Assembly (NCBI GenBank): GCA_026023565.1 | Contig: JAPETS010000001.1 | Location: forward strand, 620,001 to 684,000 | DNA from: Cirrosporium novae-zelandiae | Taxonomy: Eukaryota | Direction: 5' to 3' | Length of the DNA stretch: 64,000 nucleotides | Notes under the pieces: generated by a model | Databases searched by the model: none | Seen by the model: only the letters and a program-made list of their open reading frames with translations | What the model was told of the DNA's origin: nothing | Shown here: one piece after another, positions 50,568 through 62,234 of the stretch | How positions within the stretch are numbered: position 1 is the first letter of the stretch | Layout of the letters: the number at the start of each line of letters is the position of its first letter | Made by a program: the position numbers and the translations under genes

Positions 50568-52629
50568 CGTCTTTGTTGAATATGTATAAGGGTGAGAGTA
50601 TGTATGTATGTTCAAAGAGAGAATTTTCCGTAAGAATGAGTGTTGATTTAAGTTGAGGGTATCAAGGATGTTCTTATGATGTGGATCACCACCCAAGTAT
50701 TCGTCAACAGATATAAAAAAGCTCTTAAAGAATGACCGACCAGCGGTGGGGGATGACGCGGACTAGGTTGGCTACGGCTATAGGTCAAGGCGAAGTCGAA
50801 AGCTGCAGTTCAGTTGGGCATAAAAATTTCACTATTTCACTGTGTCATCATACAGTTGTGGCTGAGTATCAGGATTGTATGGAGACCCCAAGGCGCTATG
50901 CCATGGACAAGTAGGGCTGTGGAAGTTAATAAATGAAGGTTAGAAGAAGGTCAGATATAATATTCTTCAAGTCTCGTGTGCGTGTTGCATGCGTAGGTTT
51001 TGGTAGGATGTATGTACTTGGTATTGTATGCAGATAAGATTGTCTAATTGTCAGGGAAGAGATGTGCTTGGACAAGCCAAAGGAAGAGAAGAAAGAAATA
51101 GTGAATTACGCTATACATGGTCGAGAGAGAGAGCTGAGGGCAGTCATGATGTACACATAGAGATACACAAAGGGGAAGCTCCATGCGATGGCGCGTCTGT
51201 TGATGGTTGATGGAGCTGAGAAAGGGAAAGTGTGTATGGTGTACAGTATTGGTTGGAGAGCGGGTAACCTGAACTTGAACCAGGTAACCAGATTGCGCAC
51301 GCTATCTGACTTAGTAGCTGATCCTTGGAATGGCGATAATTTGACAGATGGGACTTATGCAGTTTGAATGAGAATCTATTCATGACAGATTGGCAAATCA
51401 AAGGTGAAGATATTTAGCATATCCAGCATATCCAGCATATCCAGCATATCTCGCACATATCAGTCGCATTTGGTGAGGATCAGCTGGAGGGGTATCGAGG
51501 CATAATTTCACAATTTCACAACGGCCAAGAGGAGGCTTACGCGGCCACAGTCCAAAAAGCGTCGTAATGCCACCAACAATGCCACCAAAACTGTGGATTA
51601 ACAATTGAAAACTAAGCAAATTCCCAAATTCCGCAAATTCTTACAAAAATCTACTTGGTACCCATAGTTTGAGATTATGATTATGCCATCAGAACTTGCA
51701 GTCATGTCATCCTCCAGCACAACAGGAAAAGCAGAAATAGAGTAGGGTAAGCAGAAGGCATTCCTAAACGTAGGCAGTGTCGGTTTCACAAAAGGTCAAT
51801 GCCTTTAAGGGTCCTAAATATGGTCGTCTCAGCCTCAACAGAGCCTCAAAATCATCGACGCAAATATGATACACAGGACACCCGGCCACTACCTGGGTAT
51901 ATAATAAGATTCGAGAAAGGATGTTGGTGCATATATGCGATAGCCGCCTCAAAGATGATTCTTCACCCAACGCCATTAATTACTTTTTTCCTGCCATTGT
52001 CTGAAACCACCAGCAGAATGAATGAATGCTTAGCCAAGATTTATTTTCGGCTTCCTGCAGAAGTTTGCTGAATTGACAAACTACCAATGATGCATCAATC
52101 TACACATTCTTTTCCTTAATGGGGTGGTAACAAAAATCACTGCCCCCGTCCCCTACAAATTTACACTCGTGTCGGGTGCCACAGTGTGGGTACATTCCCA
52201 TAGGTCTATCACTAATACAAATAACAAATATGCGCTGCAGTCGTATCGACAATGAATTAGACAGCTACTTAAGAATCCGGCTTCGGGGAATCGGGGAATT
52301 AATAATTAGTTGCTCTGCTAAATTCCGTATCATGGACATGTGCTGTATTGATGGTGGTGTGGTTGGAGGATATACACCAGTAGCCCTCATGGGCCTCTCG
52401 CAAGGGTGCTGTAAAGAGAAATGATAGAAAGCATGTGCCTTATGAAATTAGCATCGTGGTCCGTCATAATTCATCATTTTTGTTGCTTCTCGCATGTCCT
52501 TCGCCTTTCCCAGATCTGGACAGCACGTGCCATATTATTCATTTTCAACCCAAAGGATTCGGCCCTTTAATGGCTTTCGCCTTCTTATTTGGCCGCAAAA
52601 CACCATTTGGATTCATTTCGTCAATTCAT

Positions 52630-53789
52630 CTACTTTCCCATCCCTCCTAGCCAGCCCTTCCCACCCACCCGTTCGCAGCATACCACGGCCAGCACCACAC
52701 ACACCATCTCTTCAATAGATCTACCAACACCACCCCACTCAGAATCTTTTCCAAAGAGGTGCAGTGCTCCCAATTTAGATCCATCGCTGTCGTTTTCCCA
52801 CAACCCGATAATCCGCTTGGAATCATCTTTATCCATGAACTTAAGGTTTCCATTGTGAAGCGTGGATGACGCAATGTTCGGATGCTGGGATTGGAAAAGG
52901 CGGACGGCAGACTTGGTGCCTCTGAGTACTACGGATAGACGACGACGACCTGCGTAAGGGGAAGTGGGGGATCTTTCAGGACTGGTAGACGGAGTAGAGT
53001 GGAGTGATGATGTCCGCTCGGGTGACGCCGATGAGAACTGTGAATCTGCAGTTGTTGGCCTTGATGCCTCCTCTTTCTCCTGCACAGTGCTATCAAATAT
53101 ATATTCCCGCCATAACCCGTGCCGAGTGATCTTGCATGTTTCCTTTCCAGGAAATTCAACTAGCATATCCAGTCCAGAGATTGATAAAATATCGCTGGGC
53201 TTGTACTTGATATCTGCGACCAGTTCACCAGTTTCATCTTTATCATGTTTTGGAACCGAGGCACCTCGGAATATCTTGAAGTTAGATGGAACAGCTGGGG
53301 GGTGTAGAAGGGATAGGTGTGTTGTGTGAAATGCTAAAGGAGATTCGGAGGTATATTCTGAGTCTGTGTTTGAGCATATCGAGGGCGCTCCTTTTCCACT
53401 TTGTGCCACTGGATGGTCGGATTCAGCCGGGATAATCCGAACACATATTTGGCCAAAGAGGGAGAAGTGGTGGTCCTGAGAATACACATTGTGAGCATGT
53501 ATCCATTTGAATGACAGTCGGTTGAGAGTATAAACTGTCCACAGCCATTCTATAGGCCACCATCTAGGGTAACTATTGATAGGCTCGAGATATGCACATC
53601 ATTGTCGTGTTTTGCGTGTTTGCGAGTGGCTCACTTAACGGTGATGGATCACTGCTATATAAAATACATTAGGAATGAAATACATACAACTTTGAGGAAC
53701 TGGAGAGAGTGGATTGGCTTCGAGGAGGCTAGATGGACGCCATCGGCTCCATGAGCAGCCATCTGATTTATCAAGGGTTTTGGTTCCAT
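52630..53789 (-). CDS. Hypothetical protein; probable intron 53476-53687
   Basis: Long protein-like ORF lacking its own ATG, preceded by GCTCAC...CTCAG. ATG 53789 exon (MEPKPL...LQFLKV) with GTATGT donor joins in phase 0 to DHHFSLFGQICVRII. Confidence 0.65.
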
Positions 53790-54780
53790 GGTATCGACGA
53801 TGCTAATTCCGATATAGTTCCTAGGAGAACAAGGTGGTTATAAAAGTTAAGTGAGCAGGTTCAGATAGAAATGAAAGGAATAATAGCACACGAATGATGG
53901 CTAGGTGGTAGAGGAAAGATTGAAGTATAACAACAAAGGGATGGAGGGGCGTTTTGAGACTGTGTTACGGGATGATGATGATGGCTTATTGATGGATTTG
54001 TCTTGTCACACCACAGAATTGGTCAGGATTCATTTACTTTGTTTCTTGTAAACGTGAAAGAAATATGGGTGGGTAGCAGATAACTTCGATTCGTCCCGAG
54101 GGTCCCTCTCTCTTTCTCTCCCTCTCTCGGAGACCTCCATCTAAAGCAGCAGGATGCCAGTTTGCTACAGTAGTTATCGGAGATTTATAAAGCCGAAGTT
54201 TAAATCCGTAGCTACAGGTTGGTCGCCGCTTTGAAGAACAAATAGAGAGGAATTGAGGGGTATTCTGCAAGGGCAAACTGGGAGTGGAACCAAAACACAT
54301 GAAAGACAGGATTCGACTGAAAAAGATTACCAGGTTACACAGTAATTACAACAAGACATAAGCAACATATCACATGGGAGCTCCAGAGAGCTCCAGCCAA
54401 CGCCCATTTTACTCAGCATTTTCCCCACAGTCAACCATGCCAACTACTAGATATAGACTTGATGTATTCCACCTTCTCCATTTGCGGAATAATTTTGGGT
54501 CAAATGAGCCGATAAACTATCATTGAGTACCTAGGTAAATTATTAGTTGCTATATTACTCTGCACGTGCATTTTATAGATTCTGCACAGTTCACTGAAAG
54601 AACAATGGATAATACCCAGCTCCGGTGCCCCCGCAATCCTTAATTTGGTATATATAGTAACCCTCTACCTAACCTTACTCCAACCAAATGCTCTGCCTGT
54701 AGTCTAATAATGATCCATCCTATCACCATCATCATAAACTCCATATAGATTATGCAACAGTTGATAAAATTTCCCATACT

Positions 54781-57452
54781 TCACTTCCCATGCTGATATA
54801 ATCCCGTCGGTAGAGTTTGGGCTAAATTGATGCTCTCCTGTCGCACTCGTGCCGCTTCTTCTCGTTTCGCCTGTAACTCTAGTTTATCTGCGAGTAATCC
54901 ATCCGCAACGCTAATCCATAGTTTATCTCCCGCCCTCTTTGCTAGAAATTGGCCTGCTCTTGCACTTTTTTCTGCTTGCTCTCCCATCACTCCTCTGAAG
55001 TAATGCCAGCTGACCAGGTTCAAAGTGACTGCAAGGATCTGATTGTTTGCTGCTGCTCGCGCTGCATCCAATGCATATTGTATATGTTTCTTTGTATGAG
55101 TTAAGAGATCACCGGGATGCGATGTACCTTGAACCACATGGTACGCTGCTTGTATGTTCTTGTTCGGATGTCTTTCGCAAAGCGGCTCCAGGCGAGTAAG
55201 TAGATTATCAAGGAACGCAGGATCGGCCTGGGCAGAGGAACGGAGAATGAGGAGAGTATTCAATGTGGCAAGGATGGAAATATCTCGATAATAAGAGGAC
55301 CGGGATGAGGCTATGTTTGATCCATTGAGGGAAAGTGAAGGGTTCTGAAAGATGGAGAGAGCAAGAGAAAGCTCGCCAGTGCCTTGGCCAATTACTCCTT
55401 TGAGATATAAGGCAAGCCTTTTAAGGTGATCCGGAATCTCTTCTCCCAGTTCGCTTTCCATGGCATTGAACTCTTGGAGATTTAACGAGGCCGCCTCCCA
55501 GTCACTCCTTGCGCAGCGGCAGAACGCTAAATGAACAAGCATGAGACAATACATGGTCTTCATCCAGCGGATCCTTGAAACTGCAGAAGATAAGCATTCG
55601 GAGATTCCAATAGGCTCAGATTTATGGAGTTGGTCTAGGCATGTTAGCTTCGTGAAGAAACGAAGGACACATTCAAGAACAAACCTTTGATCACCGTGAT
55701 TCCTTCGTGCAAACACTTCTCCGATTTTTGGCCATTCTCAGCATTGCGATTGCTCATAATAATAGCGCTGAGCAAAAATCCAAGGACCTGAAGTTCTTTC
55801 CCTCCTAGCCAACTGAATGTCAAAATTTCATAACCTTTCCCATCTCTTCTAACGACACTTTCAGGAACACCAGGGAGTTGCATTCCCATACTGTTACCAA
55901 TAGATATCTCAAATGAACCATTTTTGGCCCATTTTTCATCTTGCTTAGAAACTTCCATGAGCTCTTGCATGGATCTCAGTTTCGGCGCTATTTGCTGTAG
56001 GTTGTTAGCTGTCTGAAGGCTGCATGCTAGATCAATAACAAGTATCAAGGCATTTAATTGCGGAATGTTTTGGATTTTTTGATTCAGCTGGTATTTCTGA
56101 GCAACAGCAATCGCTCTCTGAGCTTGTTCAATTGAGTCTCCACTCTGTGAATGTAGGTGGATAAGTGCTTCCAGAGCAGCATTTATGGAAGACATCGCAT
56201 GGTGACCATGTAGCGGTGCCTCAGACGCAATCACTTTTGTACTATTAAGAGCGCCATGTATGTCTGGAGGGTTGGCTTGGAGAGAAAGTCCTATGCGTAA
56301 AAGTCGGAAGACATAAATCCAGGAAGTATGCTGATATGCCTCAGCATTTGATAAAATATTATCCAGTCGTTTTATAGCTGCCCTCAAGTTGGTCTTTGAC
56401 ATTACTCGCACCAGCAAATGTTGCATACTGTATTTCACGTCATATAAATGATTCCTTTCGCATAGCGTAATCCCTTTGCTTAAAGAAGTTTCTGTTTCCA
56501 TATCGTTTTCTGTTTCTTCATATAGTATCTCAGCATATCGTAGCCGGAGCCGAGCCTCCCTTTTTGGATGGAGTTTCCAGCGCCTAAGAACGGATTCAAT
56601 GCATCCAAGCCCAGTTGCCACAAGTTTACAGTATTTCCCCATCTCAGCGGCATCTCTCGCAAGGGCTATACGGGAGCTTTCACCATGCGCCGCATTGAAA
56701 CAGTCATCTGCGAACCTAAGCAATAGAAGCTGGTAATCTATCGGAGAAGTTGTATTCTGTGTTATCTCTGGTATGGCCACACTTGTCCCGTCATGCATTC
56801 CTATTTGAGAGCCATTTGGTATTGTTGGTGTTATGTTTTGTAGGCTATTTCGTCGGTCATCAGGCTCCTTTTTTATTTCCGAGTGTGTTTCATTTCGCAT
56901 TTCATGTTGCAGTCCACTTTGTGTCTTATTTGGTACAGTATTCTGAGCCAGGGTAGGTGTGGTTCGCATGGATGGAGAACTTTTATGCTTGAAAACTGGC
57001 CTAGGTACCCCCTTGTGTTTGATTGCTGGTGAAGGCGCCCTCTCATGTTTGGTCACAGGTGCATGCGGTCTTGCATATTTGATTGGTGAGCCTGGAGCAG
57101 GTACGGGAGTTCTTTGAAATTGGGGAGAAGCGTGCATAGGTGGCATTTGAGATTGTGAAGAAATAAAAACTTGGGGGTTTATCGTGTGATGTGGAGGAGT
57201 TTGATAGAGTTGTTGAGGAACAACATTTGGGGATCCATATTGGTGTTGATTTGCCTGGTAGGATAATCCATTGAAATATTGTACGTTTTGTAAATTTTGG
57301 TACCCAACTGGAGGAATTATCACTTGAGGATAGAACGATTGCTGTTGTTGCTGCTGCTGTTGCTGTTGTTGTTGCTGCTGCTGCTGCTGGTAATTACCCT
57401 GCTGATTCCCAGGGTAGCCATGATTGGGCTGTTGAGTATGTTGATACTCCAT
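54781..57452 (-). CDS. SCC4: Cohesin loading factor Scc4/MAU2 (Ssl3) with Q/P-rich N-terminal extension; intron 55635-55684
   Basis: DYQLLLL, YCKLVATGLGCIE, EARLRLRYAEILYEETEN..ETSLSKGI...DVKYSMQHLL and GEQAEKSARAG blocks typical of the fungal cohesin-load family; intron GTTTGT...GCTAAC...CTAG joins two ORFs. Confidence 0.85.
57340..57389 (-). repeat. CAG/CAA repeat encoding ~17 Gln in Scc4
   Basis: TGC/TGT tract on the + strand; polyQ in the translation. Confidence 0.9.
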
Positions 57453-57834
57453 AATCGGCCATTATTATATTTTCTCTTTCAAAGACTAGAGTGCATATCT
57501 TAGCGACGTAGTCACAACTAAGTGCATACCAGGTATCATAGTGTGGGGAGAAGGATCAACTATCATTTTTTCATGAACAGGTGCTTTGTTTGCACAAGGT
57601 AATGTCATCTGGAAGTATCAGAAGTCAATCTGCCTCTCGTCTCACCGCCTTACAATTTAGGATAGGTGAGTGGCAGATGGAAAGGGTCATGCCTCCCTGG
57701 TGGTTTATTTGTGCCCCAACGTCATGTAGCAGCCCGCTAATTTCTCAACCCTCAGTGTTCTTTTTGTATCATAATTATTATTCTCTCCATTTGTGTATTC
57801 TTATAATGATATTATTCTTTAACTTTCTAGAAAT

Positions 57835-59905
57835 ATGCTTCCATACATCAACATCCGTAAGTTATTTTTAAGGCACTTTCTCTATGAAATTTGGAAACTG
57901 ACTTGAGTTTTTTAGCATTCGCATACGCAGCAGGGTTGACGGGTGCTTCTGTAGATGAGCGTAAGAATTCCAGAGCTGCTATTTCACCTATGATATCCCT
58001 CTATTTCGTTCTGGCTAATATTTAATAGTTAAACTGATCGCATCATTCCTTCTATCTTACCCTCTTGCTGGTATTCTCAAAAGAATTCCTGATACGAAAC
58101 CATACCAGAAAAATATCTTTATAGTGGGGTATGTCGAACACTCGTTATATGGAATGGGCCATTAGTATCTACAAAATACACGCGGGAATGGGCGACGGGT
58201 ACAGATATTCAAACGATCTTCGGAACTGAATAATACTGAAATCTATATGAACTATGTATTATCTAGCTCTGAAAGTTGTGCGAGCGGACTATGTACAATG
58301 CCTTATTCTAAGAAATGGTGATGTGTGGATACCAATGGCCTATTGCTAGAAATGTTCTTAGAAAGGATTCAATGAGCTAACCTCAACCTCAGAGTATCCC
58401 TCTTTTACCTCATTGGACTCTTCGACTTATGGGCTGGTATTCGAACGCTCTTCATTAGCTCCGCGGGGGCATACTGCATCGCAAAATACATTGATGGTTC
58501 CTTAATGCCATGGATCGCATTCGTATTTCTCATGGGCCACATGTCTATAAATCATATAGATCGCCAATTTACAAACGACCCAAGCGCCATCGACATCAGT
58601 GGTGCCCAAATGGTCCTCATAATGAAGCTCACTGCATTCTGTTGGAATGTGCATGACGGCCGCTTGAAGCCAGCAGAAATGACGACTTTTCAGAAAGAAA
58701 GAGCAATATATGAGCTGCCGAGTCTTCTTGACTATGCTGGCTATGTATTATTCTTCCCTTCGCTTTTTGCCGGCCCAGCTTTCGATTTCATCGAGTACCG
58801 TAATTGGATCGATACAACCATGTTTGTTCTTCCTCCAGGTACTGACCCCGCTCGTGCGCCCAGAACTCGCAAGAAGCGCAAGATTCCACGTAGTGGAACG
58901 CCAGCGACCCTCAAAGCAATCACAGGCCTCTTCTGGATACTTCTTTTCCTGAACTTTTCTAGTTGGTACACCCCCCAACTCTTACTAGGTGATGATTATA
59001 TGAAATATGGTTTTTTGAGACGTGTCTGGCTTCTTCATATGGTTGGATTCTCCACCCGCCTAAAATACTACGGCGTCTGGTATCTGACCGAAGGGGCCTG
59101 CATCCTATCCGGTCTGGGGTACAATGGCATCGATCCTAAGACTGGTCGCGTGTTATGGAACCGTCTCCAGAATGTCAACCCTATTGCTATAGAAACAGCC
59201 CAAAATGCCCACGCTTATCTGGGAAATTGGAATATGAACACGAATCACTGGCTGCGGTATTACATGTACCTACGTGTAACACCTAAAGGCAGAAAACCTG
59301 GGTTCCGGGCCTCCATGGCAACGTTTGTTACTAGCGCATTCTGGCATGGATTTTATCCAGGGTATTATATGACGTTTATGCTCGCCTCCTTTATTCAAAC
59401 CGGGTCGAAAAATTTTCGCCGTTATATCCGCCCCTTCTTCCTCAATCCCACGACAGGCGCAGGCACGCCAAAGAAGCGCTATTATGACATAATCACCTTC
59501 TTCGTCACACAAGCAGCATTTTCCTTCACCGTGGCGCCGTTCATCCTTCTCTCCTTCTCCGGCTCCTTACTGGTCTGGGCACGCGTGTATTTCTATACTA
59601 TCATTGGCGTCATTGCAGCCATTATTTTCTTCTCTGGCCCCTTGGGCATGAAGCATCGGCTAACCAAGGAATTAGAGAAGAGGACCAAGAGAAAGGTTGC
59701 AGCAGGAGAACTCAAGAGGACAGCGAGTACGGATGATTTTGGGAATTTGGGCGTACCGAATGACTTGGAAAGAGATGTTGATGAGGCTATGGCAGAGTTA
59801 AAACAGGAGATTGAACTGAGGAGACGGAGGGGGAGCGTTGTACAGATGCCCACTGGTCAGGACCTAAAGCGAGCCGTAGAGGATAAACTTGGGCGGAAAT
59901 TTTAA
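57835..59905 (+). CDS. ALE1: MBOAT lysophospholipid acyltransferase Ale1; introns 57857-57915, 57961-58028, 58129-58392
   Basis: MLPYINI|PF...SVDE|LKLIASFLLSYPLA, GAQMVLIMKL, FPSLFAGP, WNMNTNHWLR and SAFWHGFYPGYY (catalytic His). Confidence 0.94.
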
Positions 59906-60716
59906 AGTACGCAGATTCAAAAGTGGGGAATTAAGACAACCTGGGATCTTAAGAGATGAAAGTTTATGAGTACATGAACTATCAAGATAGAAGAATTTTA
60001 CTGTTGCCATGGAGGATTGTGTGTTTGGATAGATGGGATGGATGATGGCGTTGAAGGGAGTGGATGCCGAACCCAATAGCAATGAATAGTAGGCGAACTC
60101 ATGTCATAATTTGGCTTGGCTTGGTGGAGACAGACACTTCTCCCTTGGCGTAGGGAATTTTGGTTATAGTTCTGTATAGTTTATATATATTAAACGACAG
60201 GTAACGGTTCCCCAGGTTTAGAGGGTGGGTGGGACCAGCAGCTGCGGGTAAGAAGTTCCGGATTCTTCAAGGATGTTCAGGTTCAGGATAATACCAAGTC
60301 CCAAGTACCTACTGCAGGGGTGTTGGAGTAAAGAGCTCAGGGGTATCCAAGACTAATGCAGCGGCTTTCGTTGCTTCGATTTCTTTGGTTCTTTTGGTTT
60401 TGTGGTTGCTTTGGCTGCTTTTCTGGAGTCGCACCTCGCCAATTCCCTAATTCGTCACCATAATCCAATAACCTGACAGAGTTTTGGTTCTGTTTATGAT
60501 AGTAAACTAATGTACACATCACATCTGTCCATTGTTCCTTCTTGTCTCCATGGATTCATTTCTATCTTCTCATCATCTCAACACTTGTCTGGATGGATCA
60601 TGAGAATCCAACGAATCCAACAGCAATACGTCTATTGTATGCTGAGTGTTAGCAGCAGTCTGACGTATTCCCTCACTTTGACTCTATTCTAGCTACTTAA
60701 TCAGATCCAGTCTCAC

Positions 60717-62234
60717 ATGTCATTCCTTGATGCCAACATGGCAGCCGACCGTGCAACTTCCAGCTTTTCTACCACTTTCACTACAGCACATGTCAATGGT
60801 GCAATATCTCCTTCCTCTGCCTCAGGTCCGTCGCAAATGCGATACCGAGCCCCCCGCCGCTCCAGTACTATCGCCGATCTATCGCGCCCCTCTATTCCTC
60901 GTCGCGGCTCCATCCTTTCCGACGGCTTCAGCGAAACCCGTCAATCCATGCGATCTTCCACTGACAACCTTTTCCTTCCTAGGGTCGATAGTCCTGGGTT
61001 AGCAATGCAAGAAGAAAGCTCGCCATGGCATTCCATACCACTTGCCCTAGCCTTGCTGCCCGCCCTCGCAGGTGTATTCTTTAAAAATGGGAACGCGGTT
61101 GTGACGGATATAACCTTGCTCCTCCTAGCTACAATTCTGCTTAATTGGTCGGTACGGTTGCCATGGAACTGGTACTTTTCAGCTCAGTCAGTCAGGGTTG
61201 ATCTTCCGGAAGAGTTGATCCCAGATAACATAATAACAGAAGAAAGTGATGGTGGTAATGATAATGATGATGAAAATGAGGAAAAAACAAATGGAAATGC
61301 CACCAAAGATTCAAGTCCTCTCCCCAAAGCCCAGTTCACTCCAACTCGCAACACTACTACCATGGAGCTCGAACTTCACATCTATGAGCTTATTGCCCTC
61401 CTAACCTGCTTCCTTGGCCCACTCTTAGGAGCTTACGTCCTCCACACAATCCGCTCTCAGCTCTCCCGCCCCTCCGAGGGCCTCATTTCTAACTACAACC
61501 TCACAATATTTCTCCTAGCCTCCGAAATTCGTCCTCTAATGCATCTCATAAAGATGGTGCAAGCACGAACACTTTATTTACAAAGAATTATACATGCCAA
61601 TCCATTCGATGAAGCAGATTCAAAGGCGAAGATGGCAGATTTAGGGAGAAGGGTGGAGGAGTTAGAAATGCATGCTGCAAAGATGGCTGAATTAGCTTCT
61701 ATTTCTGCATCTCCTACCAACCCCTCCCCCACCTCATACAACATTCAAACCAACCCTAAGCTCCTCACATCTATAATTGCATCCGTTCGCACAGCTCTCC
61801 AGCCTGACATTGACACGGTCAACCGCGCTATGCGCCGTCTTGATAAACGTGGAACTCTCCAAGCCATTCAAACAGAATCGCGGCTTCGGGAAATTGAAAC
61901 TAAGATGCAGGACGCAATTACATTAGCGGCAGCAGCAGAGAGAACGCACCAGAATAACGGCTTTGCGATGATCGTGCTTAACTGGATATGTGCCGCTATT
62001 GTATTGCCGGTACGTGGAGTGCAATGGGTGTTGGGACTTCCTAAGCGGTTTCTCGCCCCTGTGCTGTGGTATATTCAAAGGAGCATTGGCCTAAGGATAC
62101 GGAAGGAGGTCAGGACGGCTACGGTGAACGGGGCTGAGAAGCAGAAAGAAAGAGAAAGAGACAGGATCAAATCCGACCGAGAAAAGATGAGAGGCTCGGA
62201 GCGAAGAGAAAGGGTGGGTAAAAAGGCCTTTTAG
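60717..62234 (+). CDS. Conserved fungal membrane protein with coiled-coil C-terminal half (function unknown)
   Basis: 505-aa intronless ORF: WHSIPLALALLPALAGVFFKNG, LNWSVRLPWNWY and IRSQLSRPSEGLISNYNLTIF blocks, TM segments, coiled coil. Confidence 0.85.
   Translation: MSFLDANMAADRATSSFSTTFTTAHVNGAISPSSASGPSQMRYRAPRRSSTIADLSRPSIPRRGSILSDGFSETRQSMRSSTDNLFLPRVDSPGLAMQEESSPWHSIPLALALLPALAGVFFKNGNAVVTDITLLLLATILLNWSVRLPWNWYFSAQSVRVDLPEELIPDNIITEESDGGNDNDDENEEKTNGNATKDSSPLPKAQFTPTRNTTTMELELHIYELIALLTCFLGPLLGAYVLHTIRSQLSRPSEGLISNYNLTIFLLASEIRPLMHLIKMVQARTLYLQRIIHANPFDEADSKAKMADLGRRVEELEMHAAKMAELASISASPTNPSPTSYNIQTNPKLLTSIIASVRTALQPDIDTVNRAMRRLDKRGTLQAIQTESRLREIETKMQDAITLAAAAERTHQNNGFAMIVLNWICAAIVLPVRGVQWVLGLPKRFLAPVLWYIQRSIGLRIRKEVRTATVNGAEKQKERERDRIKSDREKMRGSERRERVGKKAF

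Noticed and set aside
58195..58280. TPP-riboswitch-like words in ALE1 intron 3 (GAACTGAATAATAC...GAACT...TAGC..GAAAG)
   Set aside because: Lacks the invariant CUGAGA and the UGAU...GAUAAU elements of the TPP aptamer, and the gene is unrelated to thiamine. Kept only as an unclassified structure.
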